Assembly: GCA_044342325.1 (NCBI GenBank)
Contig: JBIIPZ010000006.1
Span: 1 to 64,000 of the forward strand
Direction: 5' to 3'
DNA length: 64,000 bases
Source: Terrimicrobiaceae bacterium
GTDB taxonomy: Bacteria; Verrucomicrobiota; Verrucomicrobiia; Chthoniobacterales; Terrimicrobiaceae
Part shown: one piece after another, positions 8,880 to 18,740 of the stretch
Numbering within the stretch: the stretch's first letter is position 1
How the letters are laid out: every line of letters begins with the position of its first letter
Program-made: the position numbers and the translations under genes
Notes under the pieces: model-generated
What the model was told of the DNA's origin: nothing
The model's input: the letters and a program-made list of their open reading frames with translations, nothing else
The model's database searches: none

Positions 8880-10028
8880 ATGACACGTTCTCAATCCACC
8901 AAAGCAACGATCATCCCTCTTCTGGCCGCCGGCCTGTTGGCCCTCCCCGCTTGCAAGCCTCCCACGCCTGCTGAACCCAAGCCTGCTGAACCCAAGCCTC
9001 AGGCCGAAGCAACCCCGGCCGCAACCGACGCCAGCGAGCAAGCTATCGTTGCAAAGCTCAAGGAGGCAGGCGTTGATGCAACGGTCTCTGTCGATAGCGC
9101 CGCCCCAGCCCCGGCTGACAATAAACCCATCGAACTTCCCGAGGTCGTTGCCACAGTGAATGGACAAAACATCACCAAGCAACAACTCCAGGAGCTCTTC
9201 AACGCCGCAATCCAAGCCTCTGGCGCTAAAATTGGAGATCTCAACTCTCAGCAACAACTCGGCGGCTACACCCAGCTCCTTCAAGATTTGATCATGGACA
9301 AGTTGGTGGCCGAGGCAGCCTCCACTGAGAAAGTCAGCGATGCCGATGTCGATGCCGAACTCGCTAAAATCAAAGGCCAGTTCCCCGATGACAAAGCCTT
9401 CCAGGAACAGATCGCCCAATCCGGCATGACACCCGATAAGCTCAAGGAAAACATCCGCACCGGCCTCCAGCAAAGCCGCTGGATGAAGTCCCAAGTCAAA
9501 AGCCCCGAGATCACCGACGATCAAGCCAAGACCTTCTACGAATCCAACATCAAGGAATTCGAACAACCTGAAACCGTCAAAGCCACCCACATTCTTTTCA
9601 TGGTTGAGCCCGACGCACCGGCAGATGTCGTGAAGCAGAAGGAAGAAGCCGCCGCCAAGGCCGCCCAACGCGCTGCCGCAGGCGAAGACTTCACCAAGCT
9701 CGCGAAGGAACTTTCCGAAGAACCAGGCGCCTCCGAATCCGGTGGAGACCTCGGCTTTTTCCCGAAAGACCGCATGGTTCCCGAATTCGCCGATGCCGCA
9801 TTCGCCCAAAAAGTCGGCGATATCAGCAAGCCCGTGAAAACCCAGTTCGGCTGGCATGTCATCAAAGTTACCGACAAAAAAGCCGCCGGCACCGTGCCGT
9901 TCGAACAAGTCAAGGAGCAGGTTGTCTCCTACCTCAAATCTAACAACCAGCGCGAAGCCGTCCAAGCTGTGCTGAACAAACTCAAGGAATCCGCCAAGAT
10001 CGAGACCTTCCTGCCTGCGGCCAGCTAA
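8880..10028 (+). CDS. PrsA/SurA-like parvulin peptidyl-prolyl isomerase (lipoprotein)
   Basis: Lipobox-like LPAC; motifs VATVNGQNIT, VKATHIL, GGDLGFF..MVPEFADAAF and PVKTQFGWHVIKV. Confidence 0.93.
   Translation: MTRSQSTKATIIPLLAAGLLALPACKPPTPAEPKPAEPKPQAEATPAATDASEQAIVAKLKEAGVDATVSVDSAAPAPADNKPIELPEVVATVNGQNITKQQLQELFNAAIQASGAKIGDLNSQQQLGGYTQLLQDLIMDKLVAEAASTEKVSDADVDAELAKIKGQFPDDKAFQEQIAQSGMTPDKLKENIRTGLQQSRWMKSQVKSPEITDDQAKTFYESNIKEFEQPETVKATHILFMVEPDAPADVVKQKEEAAAKAAQRAAAGEDFTKLAKELSEEPGASESGGDLGFFPKDRMVPEFADAAFAQKVGDISKPVKTQFGWHVIKVTDKKAAGTVPFEQVKEQVVSYLKSNNQREAVQAVLNKLKESAKIETFLPAAS
8966..8999 (+). repeat. perfect 15-bp tandem duplication (PAEPK x2) in the lipoprotein linker
   Basis: gcctgctgaacccaa x2 followed by gcct. 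Confidence 0.9.
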
Positions 10029-10035
10029 AGCCCGC

Positions 10036-11007
10036 ATGGAGCAGTTATCGGGAAAACCCGCAGCAGGCGTCATCGGACTCGGCATCATCGGAAGCCGGGT
10101 CGCAGCCTGCCTGCGGCGCGCAGGGCATCCAGTCTGGCTCTGGAACCGCACCGTGCGGCCGGAGCCGAACTTCCTGAGCTCCCCGGCTGAGATCGCGGAG
10201 GCGGCACGCCATATCCAGATCTTTGTCTCGAATGGCGAGGCCCTGCACTCCGTGCTTCGCGCCATGCTGCCGGCCCTGACTGCCGAGCATGTCATTCTGA
10301 ACCACGCCACGGCCTCACCCGCCGACACCCTCACCGCCGCCAAGATCGTTGCGGAAAAGCACGCCACCTTTCTCGATGCCCCCTTCACCGGCAGCAGGGA
10401 CGCCGCCGCCGCAGGTCAGCTTGTATACTACATCGGTGGCGACCCGCAGGCCCTCGAGCGTGTGCGTCCGCAGCTCGAAGCCTCCTCGAAACAAATTCTG
10501 GAAATCGGCGCCGTAGGCCAAGCCTCGGTCGTTAAAGTCGCCACCAACCTCATCTCGGCAAATGCCGTCGCCTCCCTCACCGAAGCCCTGGCCCTGCTTG
10601 ATCGATACGGCGTAGAACTCCACAAACTTCCCCTCGCCCTCGAAAACAACGCCGCCCGCTCCGGCGTGATCGACCTCAAACTTCCCTGCATGCTGGGAGC
10701 CGATTTCGACCCCCGCTTCTCCCTAAAAAACATGTTCAAGGATGTCCAGATCGGCCTCGCGATGGCCGAGGAAAAAGACATCGAGCTTCCCGCCGCCGGC
10801 GCCTTCGCAGGCATCGCCATGGCGGGTCTCCAGCGCGGCTGGGGCGATGAGGATTTCTCCGTCATTTCCCGCTTCTACGACTTTCCCGGCCAGGGCCACA
10901 CGCTACCTGAAACACCGTCGCCAAGCACCTCCGTTCAAGCAGAAGAAGCCCCCCACGAACCCGCCGGACTCAAAAACCTCTGGGGACTCCTCCGCCGGAA
11001 AAAATGA
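10036..11007 (+). CDS. 3-hydroxyisobutyrate dehydrogenase-family NAD(P)-dependent oxidoreductase
   Basis: Motifs GVIGLGIIG, WNRT, FLDAPFTGS, VKVATN and FSLKNMFKD. Confidence 0.9.
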   Translation: MEQLSGKPAAGVIGLGIIGSRVAACLRRAGHPVWLWNRTVRPEPNFLSSPAEIAEAARHIQIFVSNGEALHSVLRAMLPALTAEHVILNHATASPADTLTAAKIVAEKHATFLDAPFTGSRDAAAAGQLVYYIGGDPQALERVRPQLEASSKQILEIGAVGQASVVKVATNLISANAVASLTEALALLDRYGVELHKLPLALENNAARSGVIDLKLPCMLGADFDPRFSLKNMFKDVQIGLAMAEEKDIELPAAGAFAGIAMAGLQRGWGDEDFSVISRFYDFPGQGHTLPETPSPSTSVQAEEAPHEPAGLKNLWGLLRRKK

Positions 11008-11855
11008 CCCCCTCGCCCGAGTCAGGTTTTTTCGAAGTCTATGGCCGCGCCCGCTTCCAGCTTAGCGGCCCCGATGCCACGCGCTACCTGAATGGGCAAG
11101 TGAGCATAGACATCACGCGCCTCAAGCCTCTCATCGCACGCCCCGCCTGCCTCCTCACCGCCAAGGGAAAACTCTGCGCCCTCGTGCAAATCTGGCGCGA
11201 TGGAGACCATTTCCTCATCGAGTGCGACGAATCCCTCGCCGAAGCTGTCCATGCCCGCCTCGAGCGCTATCTCATAGCGGATGATGCCCTCCTCGAGCCC
11301 GCGTCCACGCCCTCGCCACTGCACCACATCTTCGGCATCGAACCACCCGCCGGAGCCCTCCGCATCAACCGCACAGGCCTCCCCGGTTTCGACACAACTG
11401 CAAAACCCTCCGACCTCGTTGCTGCCACGCCCGCGCAGCTCGCCCTCCTCCGCATCGTCCACGGCCAACCTGCATGGGGCCTCGAAATCACCGAAGACAC
11501 CCTGCCGCAGGAGGCACGCCTCGAAGACACCGCTGTCGATTTTGACAAAGGCTGCTATGTCGGCCAGGAAACCGTTTCCCGCCTCAAAAGCGTGGGCCGG
11601 GTGAACAAACGCCTCCACGGCTTTCTCGGAACTCTATCCGCCGACCTCCCCCTACCCGCCCGCCTTCATCCCATTGGCCAGCCCGATACCACCGCAGGCC
11701 AACTCACCAGCGCCGCCCCGCATTTTGACATCGCACAAACTGCCGCCCTCGGTTATCTCAACCGCCAGTTCGAAAGCCTCGAGCGGTTCGGCGTCAGCGA
11801 TGAGCAAGGCCGCCCGCTCGGCGAAGTCGAACGCCGCGCATTCCCGATCCTATGA
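11004..11855 (+). CDS. ygfZ: YgfZ/GcvT-family folate-binding protein
   Basis: Signature DFDKGCYVGQE; also GPDATRYLNGQVS. Confidence 0.88.
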   Translation: MTPSPESGFFEVYGRARFQLSGPDATRYLNGQVSIDITRLKPLIARPACLLTAKGKLCALVQIWRDGDHFLIECDESLAEAVHARLERYLIADDALLEPASTPSPLHHIFGIEPPAGALRINRTGLPGFDTTAKPSDLVAATPAQLALLRIVHGQPAWGLEITEDTLPQEARLEDTAVDFDKGCYVGQETVSRLKSVGRVNKRLHGFLGTLSADLPLPARLHPIGQPDTTAGQLTSAAPHFDIAQTAALGYLNRQFESLERFGVSDEQGRPLGEVERRAFPIL

Positions 11856-12457
11856 AATCCTTCATCGCCCTCACGCTCGCCGCGCTCCTCTGCGCCACCA
11901 CCGTCCGCGCCGCCACACTCGGCCCGGATGTCGCCGTCCTGCAAATCCAGTTTCCCAAGGAAAAACAGCCACGCCAAGTCACCATCGGCCTCTACGACGA
12001 CTCCGCGCCCTACACCGTCGAGAATTTTAAAAAACTCATCTCAAAAAAATTCTACAACGGCCAACGCTTCTTCCGCGTCTTCCCAGGCTCATTCATCCAA
12101 ACCGGCGACCCCGCCAGCCGCCGAGGGCAAACCGATACCACCGGCACAGGCGGACCCGGCTACACACTCCCCGCCGAAATCCGCCTCAAACACGAAAAAG
12201 GCGCCGTCGCCATGGCCCGCCTCCCCGACAAAATCAACCCCGCAAAAAATTCCAACGGCAGCCAATTCTATGTCTGCCTCCAGCCCCTGCCCAAGCTCAA
12301 CGGCCAATACACCGTCTTCGGCACCGTCCTCGAAGGCCTCGACACTCTCGAAGAAATCAGCAAGGCCCCAACAAACAGCAACGATTTTCCCTTGCCCAAA
12401 ATCACAATTAAATCCATTGTGCTCGCCCCTCGCGATCAAGCCTCGCCCACAAGGTAG
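11852..12457 (+). CDS. exported cyclophilin-type peptidyl-prolyl isomerase
   Basis: Motifs APYTVENF, FYNGQRFFRV, GAVAMAR, SNGSQFY and LNGQYTVFG; signal peptide. Confidence 0.93.
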   Translation: MKSFIALTLAALLCATTVRAATLGPDVAVLQIQFPKEKQPRQVTIGLYDDSAPYTVENFKKLISKKFYNGQRFFRVFPGSFIQTGDPASRRGQTDTTGTGGPGYTLPAEIRLKHEKGAVAMARLPDKINPAKNSNGSQFYVCLQPLPKLNGQYTVFGTVLEGLDTLEEISKAPTNSNDFPLPKITIKSIVLAPRDQASPTR

Positions 12458-12476
12458 GCCAACCGCAGGAAAAAAA

Positions 12477-12562
12477 GGGTAGATACCGAAGTGGCCAAAC
12501 GGGGCGGACTGTAAATCCGCTGGCTTACGCCTTCACTGGTTCGAATCCAGTTCTGCCCACCA
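12477..12562 (+). tRNA. tRNA-Tyr(GTA)
   Basis: GGGTAGA...GCGGACTGTAAATCCGC...GGTTCGAATCC...TCTGCCCACCA; anticodon GTA. Confidence 0.97.
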
Positions 12563-12963
12563 CCCTCTCCAGCAGCGGTTTGCGAGAGGAAAATCGCGAA
12601 TGTTTTTCGCATAAAGTTGAGCCTGACTTTTCTTGCTTCAAAAAAACTTCCCACGCCTGATCACTCCCTGCGGGATTCAAGGTTTTGAAACTCTCAGCCG
12701 CTCCTGAAAAAATCATAGATTTCCTTTTTTCCAATGGGCGAGGTTTTCGCGGCGGTGTGAGGGCATTGGTGGCGCAACCTTCAAGGGCGCGACAGACCGC
12801 CGGCGAACCACGCCCGCGCAAGGTGGTATGGGACTGCCCGCCGGACTGAAAGGGTGCCGTCGATCGAATGGATGGCGTTGATACCAGAGCCGATCGAATC
12901 GAGGGCATGAACTCCCAAACCCTAACGCGGGCCTTCAACCCTGGTGGAAAACAAAGGGGTGTT

Positions 12964-15483
12964 TTAGACTTCGCCGGCTTGTTTGGAGCTGATTTTGATG
13001 AGGCTGACGGTGGCTCCGCTGCAGGTGCCGTCTTTGTGGAGGAAGGGGGTGGCGCGGAGGAGGATTTTTTCTCCTTCGGGGGCGGGGAGGAGGGCTTCGA
13101 CGAGTTTTTCGCCGGAGAGGATGCGGCGGGCGGCTTCGGCGGCGTGGGCGAGGAGGGGGTGTGCGAGGGCGGTGATTTCGCGGCCGATATCGTGGGGGAG
13201 GATGCCGGTCTTGGCGGCGGCTTTGGGCGTGAATCTCCGGATGCGGAGTCCGTTATCGAGGAAAATGGTGGCGATGTCGGTGCTGGCGATGAAGTTGTCG
13301 AGGTCCTCGTTGGCTTGGGTGATGTCTGTAATTTTGGTTTGGTGCTCGTTGTTGAGGGTTTGGAGTTCCTCGTTGACGGTTTCGAGCTCTTCGTTGGCGC
13401 TTTGGAGTTCTTCGTTGGAGGCCTGCAACTCCTCGTTTGAGGTTTGGAGTTCTTCGTTGGAGGCCTCGAGTTCCTCGATGGCGGCCTTGAGGCGGATTTT
13501 GCTGCCGCGGAGTTCTTCTTCGAGGTCGGCGATGCGGAGCATGCTTTCCTTGAGGTCGAAGGGAGGATGTTCGACGGGGAGGTTTTTTTCCATGTCTTCA
13601 AAAAATACCAAAAGGTAAACGCGGTCCTGGCCGGGGGAGCGGAAGGATTCGACGAGGACATTGACGGTTCCTTGGCCGGTTTCGACAGGGCCGAATTTAA
13701 AGGGCCGTCCTTCGTTCAGGACCTTACCTGTGGCAGCGGCGAGGCTGGCGGAGAAGTCGCGCGGGAGGAGACCGGTGAGCTTGAGGCTCGTGCGGCCTTC
13801 GGGGATGGAGGCATACTTGGCGGGGGTTCCGAAGCTGTAGAGGATATCCAGCTGATCGTTGAGCACGAAGCAGGTGCGGCCGAGGCGGGCGAGGATGCGG
13901 TTTGTGAAGGATTCGGTGAGGCCAGGCTCATTGGAGAGCGAGTGGCTCTGGATAGTCGGCAGGTTCACGGGATGATCGACCACTGTTCGGAGAACACCGA
14001 ATTGCAGCGCCTCGGGCAACGCGGTGGGGATGGTGTTTTTTTTCCGAAAGAGGTGGTTGTGGGAATCCAGCGTTTCGAAGTCGTTCTGCAGGTCGCCGAG
14101 GCTCTCACTGAGCCCGAGCGCAAGGACGCCTTCGGGGCGAAGGGCGTAGTGGAGGATGGAGAGCACGCGCTGCTGGGCGGCGGGCTGGAGGTAAATGAGA
14201 ACATTCCGGCAACTGACGAAGTCGATGCGGGTGAAGGGGGGATCCTTGAGGAGGTTGTGCTTGGCGAAGACGATACGCTCCCGGACGGTGCGGCAGATCT
14301 GGTAATGGTCGCCGTGGCGGGTGAAGTATTTCTCGAGGTAGTGGGGCGGGATATCGGCGGCGATGGACTCGGGATAAATCCCCTGCCCGGCGATCTCGGT
14401 GGCGCGCCGGTCGAGGTCGGTGGCAAAGAAGCGGCAGGGCAAGTTGATCTCGCCGCATTCGCGTAGCACCTCCTCAAGCAGGATGCCGATGGAGTAAACC
14501 TCCTCGCCGGTGGCGCAGCCGGGCACCCAGAAACGGAGAGACCGCCCGCCTGCGGATCGCACAAGGCGGGGCAGGACATTTTTACGGAGGTTTTCAAAGA
14601 CTTCGGGATCGCGGAAAAAACGAGTCACGCTGATGAGCATGTCCTTGGCGAGGCTCTCGCACTCGGCGGGCTCTTTTTTCAGAAGGTCGACATATTCCTC
14701 GAAGTCGGAAATGTGGCGAATGCCCATACGGCGCTCGATGCGGCGGTTCACTGTCTCGCTTTTGTAGGCGCCGAGATCGAAGCCGGTGTGCCGCCGGAGC
14801 AGGCTGGCGAGGCGGCGCATGGCGCTCTGCTCCTCATCGCTGGCTTCCGAGACGATCACAGGGGCGGAGGAAATCTCATGCCGCACAAGGCGCACGACCT
14901 CGCGGGCAAGTTGGTCGGGAGGCAGGACATAATCTGCCGTGCCGGTCAGAATCGCGCTCGAGGCCATACCGCCAAATGCCGCCGATGCGGGTTCCTGCAC
15001 ACAGACGATGCCACCAGCCTGCTTCACGAGGCGGGCTCCATGGGAGCCGTCATAACCTGTGCCTGAGAGGATGATGGCGAGGGATTCTGGCCCGCAGGCG
15101 GCGGCGAGGGATTCCAAAAGCGTGTCGATGAGAACAGGAGCGGCCTGCGACGGGAGCTGGCCTTTTTCCATAAGACAGCCACCTTCGAACCCATACAGAT
15201 GGCCGGGCGGGAGGACATGGATTTTACCAGCCTCGAGAGGAGCGCCAGCCTTGCCCCATACGACGGGCAGACCACCCTCGCGTGTGAGAATTTCGACCAA
15301 GTGGCTTTCGCCATCCGCTGGAAAATGGCTGGCGACAACAAAGGCAGCCTGCAGATCGCCAGGAATCTCTGCAAAAAAGGCACCGAGGGCTTCGACTCCT
15401 CCAGCGGAGCATCCCACCACAGCAACGGGAAATTTTTTCGCATCGGGGGTGTTTTCAATCGCGGTTAGGGAACTGCCTGACAT
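12964..15483 (-). CDS. fused CheB methylesterase / CheR methyltransferase with coiled coil and PAS domain
   Basis: CheB motifs GCSAGGVEAL and ILSGTGYDG. CheR motifs ISVTRFFRD, WVPGCATGEEVYS and SCRNVLIY. Followed by NEELQ heptads and a PAS domain (IATIFLD..LRIRRFTP). Confidence 0.93.
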   Translation of the reverse strand: MSGSSLTAIENTPDAKKFPVAVVGCSAGGVEALGAFFAEIPGDLQAAFVVASHFPADGESHLVEILTREGGLPVVWGKAGAPLEAGKIHVLPPGHLYGFEGGCLMEKGQLPSQAAPVLIDTLLESLAAACGPESLAIILSGTGYDGSHGARLVKQAGGIVCVQEPASAAFGGMASSAILTGTADYVLPPDQLAREVVRLVRHEISSAPVIVSEASDEEQSAMRRLASLLRRHTGFDLGAYKSETVNRRIERRMGIRHISDFEEYVDLLKKEPAECESLAKDMLISVTRFFRDPEVFENLRKNVLPRLVRSAGGRSLRFWVPGCATGEEVYSIGILLEEVLRECGEINLPCRFFATDLDRRATEIAGQGIYPESIAADIPPHYLEKYFTRHGDHYQICRTVRERIVFAKHNLLKDPPFTRIDFVSCRNVLIYLQPAAQQRVLSILHYALRPEGVLALGLSESLGDLQNDFETLDSHNHLFRKKNTIPTALPEALQFGVLRTVVDHPVNLPTIQSHSLSNEPGLTESFTNRILARLGRTCFVLNDQLDILYSFGTPAKYASIPEGRTSLKLTGLLPRDFSASLAAATGKVLNEGRPFKFGPVETGQGTVNVLVESFRSPGQDRVYLLVFFEDMEKNLPVEHPPFDLKESMLRIADLEEELRGSKIRLKAAIEELEASNEELQTSNEELQASNEELQSANEELETVNEELQTLNNEHQTKITDITQANEDLDNFIASTDIATIFLDNGLRIRRFTPKAAAKTGILPHDIGREITALAHPLLAHAAEAARRILSGEKLVEALLPAPEGEKILLRATPFLHKDGTCSGATVSLIKISSKQAGEV

Positions 15484-16200
15484 CTACGGGATGCTACCGG
15501 AAAAATTATTTTCCGCCATACTTTGTCTTGCAATCCAATCAGCTGCCATGGCGATGAGATGCGAGGCGGTGGCCGCGTGGAGCTTTTCCTTGATGTGTGC
15601 GCGGTGGGTTTCGACCGTCTTCGGGCTGAGGTTCAAGCGCCTGGCGATATCCTGGGTGGCGACGCCCTCGCCGATGAGCTTGAACACCTCGAATTCCCTG
15701 GGACTGAGTGCGTCGGGGCCGGACTGCTTGTTTTTCGAACGGTGGGAAAGAAACTCCAGCAACTGCCCAGCGATGGCCTCGCTCACATAGATGCGGCCGC
15801 GCAAGACGGTGTGAATCGCCTCGAGCACCTTGTCGCTGTGCTCGCTCTTCATGATGTAACCTCGCGCGCCGATCTCCAGCGCCCGCCGGGCGTAGCTGGT
15901 CTCGGCGTGCATCGAGAGAATGAGCACAGGAATCCCTGGGCAGCGGGAGTGAAGATCCTGCACCAACTCGAAGCCGCTCCGCCCGGGCAAGGAAACATCG
16001 CTAAGCACCAGATCGGGTTGCAGGTTTATGGCGGCATCCAGCGCCTCGCCCGCATTCCCCGCCTCGCCGCACACCTCCAGGCCGGGCTCGCCGGCGATCA
16101 TCATTTTCAGGCCCATGCGGGTCATGGGATGGTCCTCGACGAGCAGGATACGCTTTTTCTGAGGCTTCTTGCTCTTTGGAGAGGGCTTCGTTTTTTTCAT
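15484..16200 (-). CDS. NarL/LuxR-family response regulator
   Basis: Receiver domain (LLVEDHP, D-VSLPG, GYIMK) plus LuxR HTH (LSPREFEV...LSPKTVETHR). Confidence 0.95.
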   Translation of the reverse strand: MKKTKPSPKSKKPQKKRILLVEDHPMTRMGLKMMIAGEPGLEVCGEAGNAGEALDAAINLQPDLVLSDVSLPGRSGFELVQDLHSRCPGIPVLILSMHAETSYARRALEIGARGYIMKSEHSDKVLEAIHTVLRGRIYVSEAIAGQLLEFLSHRSKNKQSGPDALSPREFEVFKLIGEGVATQDIARRLNLSPKTVETHRAHIKEKLHAATASHLIAMAADWIARQSMAENNFSGSIP

Positions 16201-17789
16201 TTAGGAAAGTGACAGATGACGCGCACTCCACCGGCGGGGATGCGCTCGACAGCGACAGTGCCTTGAATGGCCTCGGCACGGTGACGCATGATTTTAAGGC
16301 CCATACCGTTGCCGCGCGCGGGAGCAGGGTCGTCGTCTTTGATGCCGTTGCCGTTGTCGGTGACGGAGAGGATGCCTTGGAGCAAATCCAAATCCACACG
16401 GATTTGGGTGGCATCACCGTGTTTGATGGCATTTTGCATCGCCTCTTGGGCGATGCGGAAGAGATTGATGGCCTTTTCGATTTCGAGCCTCTGGGAACGG
16501 CCCCGGCATTTCACGGTGCACTTGACTTGGAAGAGGGCGCTGGTGTTTGCCGCCAATTCATCGAGTGCTGCGGCGAGGTTACCCCCCTCGAGTTCCAGCG
16601 GGGCGAGGCCACGCGAGAGAAGGCGTATGTGGTGCACGGCACGCTCGAGGGCTCCACTGAGGTGGTCGATCTGCTGGCGCAGAACAGTGCCCTTTCTGCG
16701 CCGCTTGGAAATGGCCTCGAGGGAGTAGCGGACGCCCGAAAGCTCTTGGCACACGCCATCGTGGAGATCATGGCCGACGCGGCGGTGCTCCCGCTCGCTG
16801 ATGGAGATCAACTCACCCTCCAATGCCTTGCGGGCGAGAATTTCTCGCTGGAGTTCGTTATTTGAGGATTCCAGCTCTGCCGTGCGCTCCTGGATTCTGA
16901 CCTCGAGCCCGGAGTTGAGCTTTTGCATCTCTTGCTCGGCCAACTCGCGCGGGGTGACATTGTTGGCCACCCAGAGGATGGATTTGGCATGACCATCGGC
17001 ATCGAGGAGGGCCGAAAGGTGGCATTCGCAAAACAAGAGCGAACCATCCCGGTGCAAGGCTCGGCATTTCACAAAGTCGCTCGCCACCTGCCCCAGTCGG
17101 AGGCGTTCCAGAATGACACCAAATGCCTCCCTGTCATCTGGGTGGACCAAGGCGAGGCTATCAAAACGACCGCTCTTCAACTCGCGCCGCGTCCAGCCGA
17201 ACATGTCCTCGGCCTCGCCATTCCAGAGGAGACATTTTCCTTGAGGGTCCCACTCCATCACCGCAAGGGGCGTATTGTTCATATGGTATGTCAGTCGCTG
17301 AACGAGTTCCTGGATCTGGCGCTCGTGGCGCCTCAGGGAGGTGACATCCCTCACCGTCGCGATGAATGAGGGATTGTTGCTTGAAGCGTTCTCGCAAGAA
17401 GTGCGGATGTGAAGGTGCCGCAGTTTGCCCCCAAAATCGAGTTGCACCTCACGATCAATGCCCGCTCCATTTTCAAAGGTATCCCTCGCTATGGATTCCC
17501 AGAGGAACGAACAATGCTCCGGGAACCCCACCTCACGGCAGGACTTCCCAAAGAATACCTCCGGCTCCATGCCAGTGAGATCCCTCATGCGCGAATTCAC
17601 ATATAAAAATCGCGCCTCGGCATCCATGCGCAAAACGATGTCCGGCATTTGTTCGGCCAGAAGGCGGAATTGCAGCTCACTGCATCCAATGCAGCCCGGA
17701 TTGGAAATGTGGCTATGGAGAAGCATGTTCATAGGTAATCTTGAGATTCTTCCAAAAACAGGTGGTGCATCAGAGCGGTCCATCCCCAC
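16197..17789 (-). CDS. soluble PAS-PAS sensor histidine kinase (HisKA_3 type)
   Basis: Motifs EHRRVGHDLHDGVCQ, FRIAQEAMQNAIKH, DNGNG and GMGL; two PAS domains. Start is uncertain (ATGs at 17783 and 17732). Confidence 0.93.
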   Translation of the reverse strand: MGMDRSDAPPVFGRISRLPMNMLLHSHISNPGCIGCSELQFRLLAEQMPDIVLRMDAEARFLYVNSRMRDLTGMEPEVFFGKSCREVGFPEHCSFLWESIARDTFENGAGIDREVQLDFGGKLRHLHIRTSCENASSNNPSFIATVRDVTSLRRHERQIQELVQRLTYHMNNTPLAVMEWDPQGKCLLWNGEAEDMFGWTRRELKSGRFDSLALVHPDDREAFGVILERLRLGQVASDFVKCRALHRDGSLLFCECHLSALLDADGHAKSILWVANNVTPRELAEQEMQKLNSGLEVRIQERTAELESSNNELQREILARKALEGELISISEREHRRVGHDLHDGVCQELSGVRYSLEAISKRRRKGTVLRQQIDHLSGALERAVHHIRLLSRGLAPLELEGGNLAAALDELAANTSALFQVKCTVKCRGRSQRLEIEKAINLFRIAQEAMQNAIKHGDATQIRVDLDLLQGILSVTDNGNGIKDDDPAPARGNGMGLKIMRHRAEAIQGTVAVERIPAGGVRVICHFPK

Positions 17790-17804
17790 TCAACGCAAAA
17801 CGCA

Positions 17805-17819
17805 GGGGGGGGGGGGGGG
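17805..17819. repeat. G15 (C15 on the coding strand) homopolymer upstream of the histidine kinase
   Basis: 15 consecutive G. Confidence 0.9.
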
Positions 17820-17896
17820 TAAATGCGTATTTATTGCCATCAGCCGCATTACCTTACCAATTCTTATGAATGTCAAGCGACGAGAAGATCAGGAAT

Positions 17897-18583
17897 TTAG
17901 CAAAACATGGCATCAGGTTTTTCCCGATACTGCGCATGCCGCACCTCGTGCAAACGGGCGCGGAGATGGGCGCCAAAATTTTCGATGATGTCGAATGCGC
18001 TCTCGAAGTGCTCGGAGGACGAGGCTGAACCAGGGCGCCATTCCTCGATCGGGATGCGGACGGCATCCGGCAGGACCCTGGGAGGCATGAGAAGCGGGAT
18101 GTCGCGAAGCGGCGCGCATTCTTGCGAGTCCAGCGGGGGATGGCTGAAGAAGTCGATGCCGTTGGGTGAGGTCTTTTCGCGGAGCCAGGAGGCAAAGGAT
18201 ATCGCGCCCGGCGAGGCATGGTCGCCGAGAAGGGTGAAGAGGGCGGAACCTGCCGCCGCGCTCTGGCTCAGCCATTCATCGACCCAAATCGGCAAGTGGG
18301 CTGGCTGCTCCTCGCTGCCCGATGCCGAGACGATGACCACATCGGCGCGGGCGGCTGCGGAGGCCGAGGGGATGCGGGATTCCGTGACACCGAGGCCGCT
18401 CATTTTCCAAACATTGATCTCCAGCGCGGCATCGTGGGGAATCTCGCTACGAAGAATCTCACAGGCTCGCAGCGCGCGGGCGGCGGAAACGACATTTTCA
18501 TAGAGAATGACGATGCGGAAGGGGCGTCCGGGGGCTTCGGCTGTGGAAGCGATGTCTGAGACTTGATCGAGAAGTTGGTCCAT
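17897..18583 (-). CDS. conserved hypothetical alpha/beta protein (Verrucomicrobia-type)
   Basis: Pattern RIVILYE...VWK...AAARADVVIVS...WVDEWL...IDFF; A/C-rich leader before the ATG at 18583. Confidence 0.7.
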   Translation of the reverse strand: MDQLLDQVSDIASTAEAPGRPFRIVILYENVVSAARALRACEILRSEIPHDAALEINVWKMSGLGVTESRIPSASAAARADVVIVSASGSEEQPAHLPIWVDEWLSQSAAAGSALFTLLGDHASPGAISFASWLREKTSPNGIDFFSHPPLDSQECAPLRDIPLLMPPRVLPDAVRIPIEEWRPGSASSSEHFESAFDIIENFGAHLRARLHEVRHAQYREKPDAMFC

Positions 18584-18740
18584 TGCGGTGGTGTGTTTTT
18601 TTGAGGTTTGTTGTTTTGGTTTGGAAAGCCGGCGGCACATGCCGTGGCACGCAGGCAGATATTTCATTCCACGCCGCCGGCCGCGATAGGGTGATCACCT
18701 CATGGCGCGCGGAGGCGCTCTGCGACTAGGTCTGAAGCCT

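Noticed and set aside
12800..12890. Resemblance to c-di-GMP-I or cobalamin riboswitches (GGCGAACC...GGGACTGCCC)
   Set aside because: Core motifs (GCAAAG; GGGAA..GGTG.AA.TCC) are missing, and no gene starts downstream on that strand.
13340..13490. 21-bp periodic repeats
   Set aside because: They encode the NEELQ heptads of the CheB/CheR coiled coil and are not a DNA-level element.
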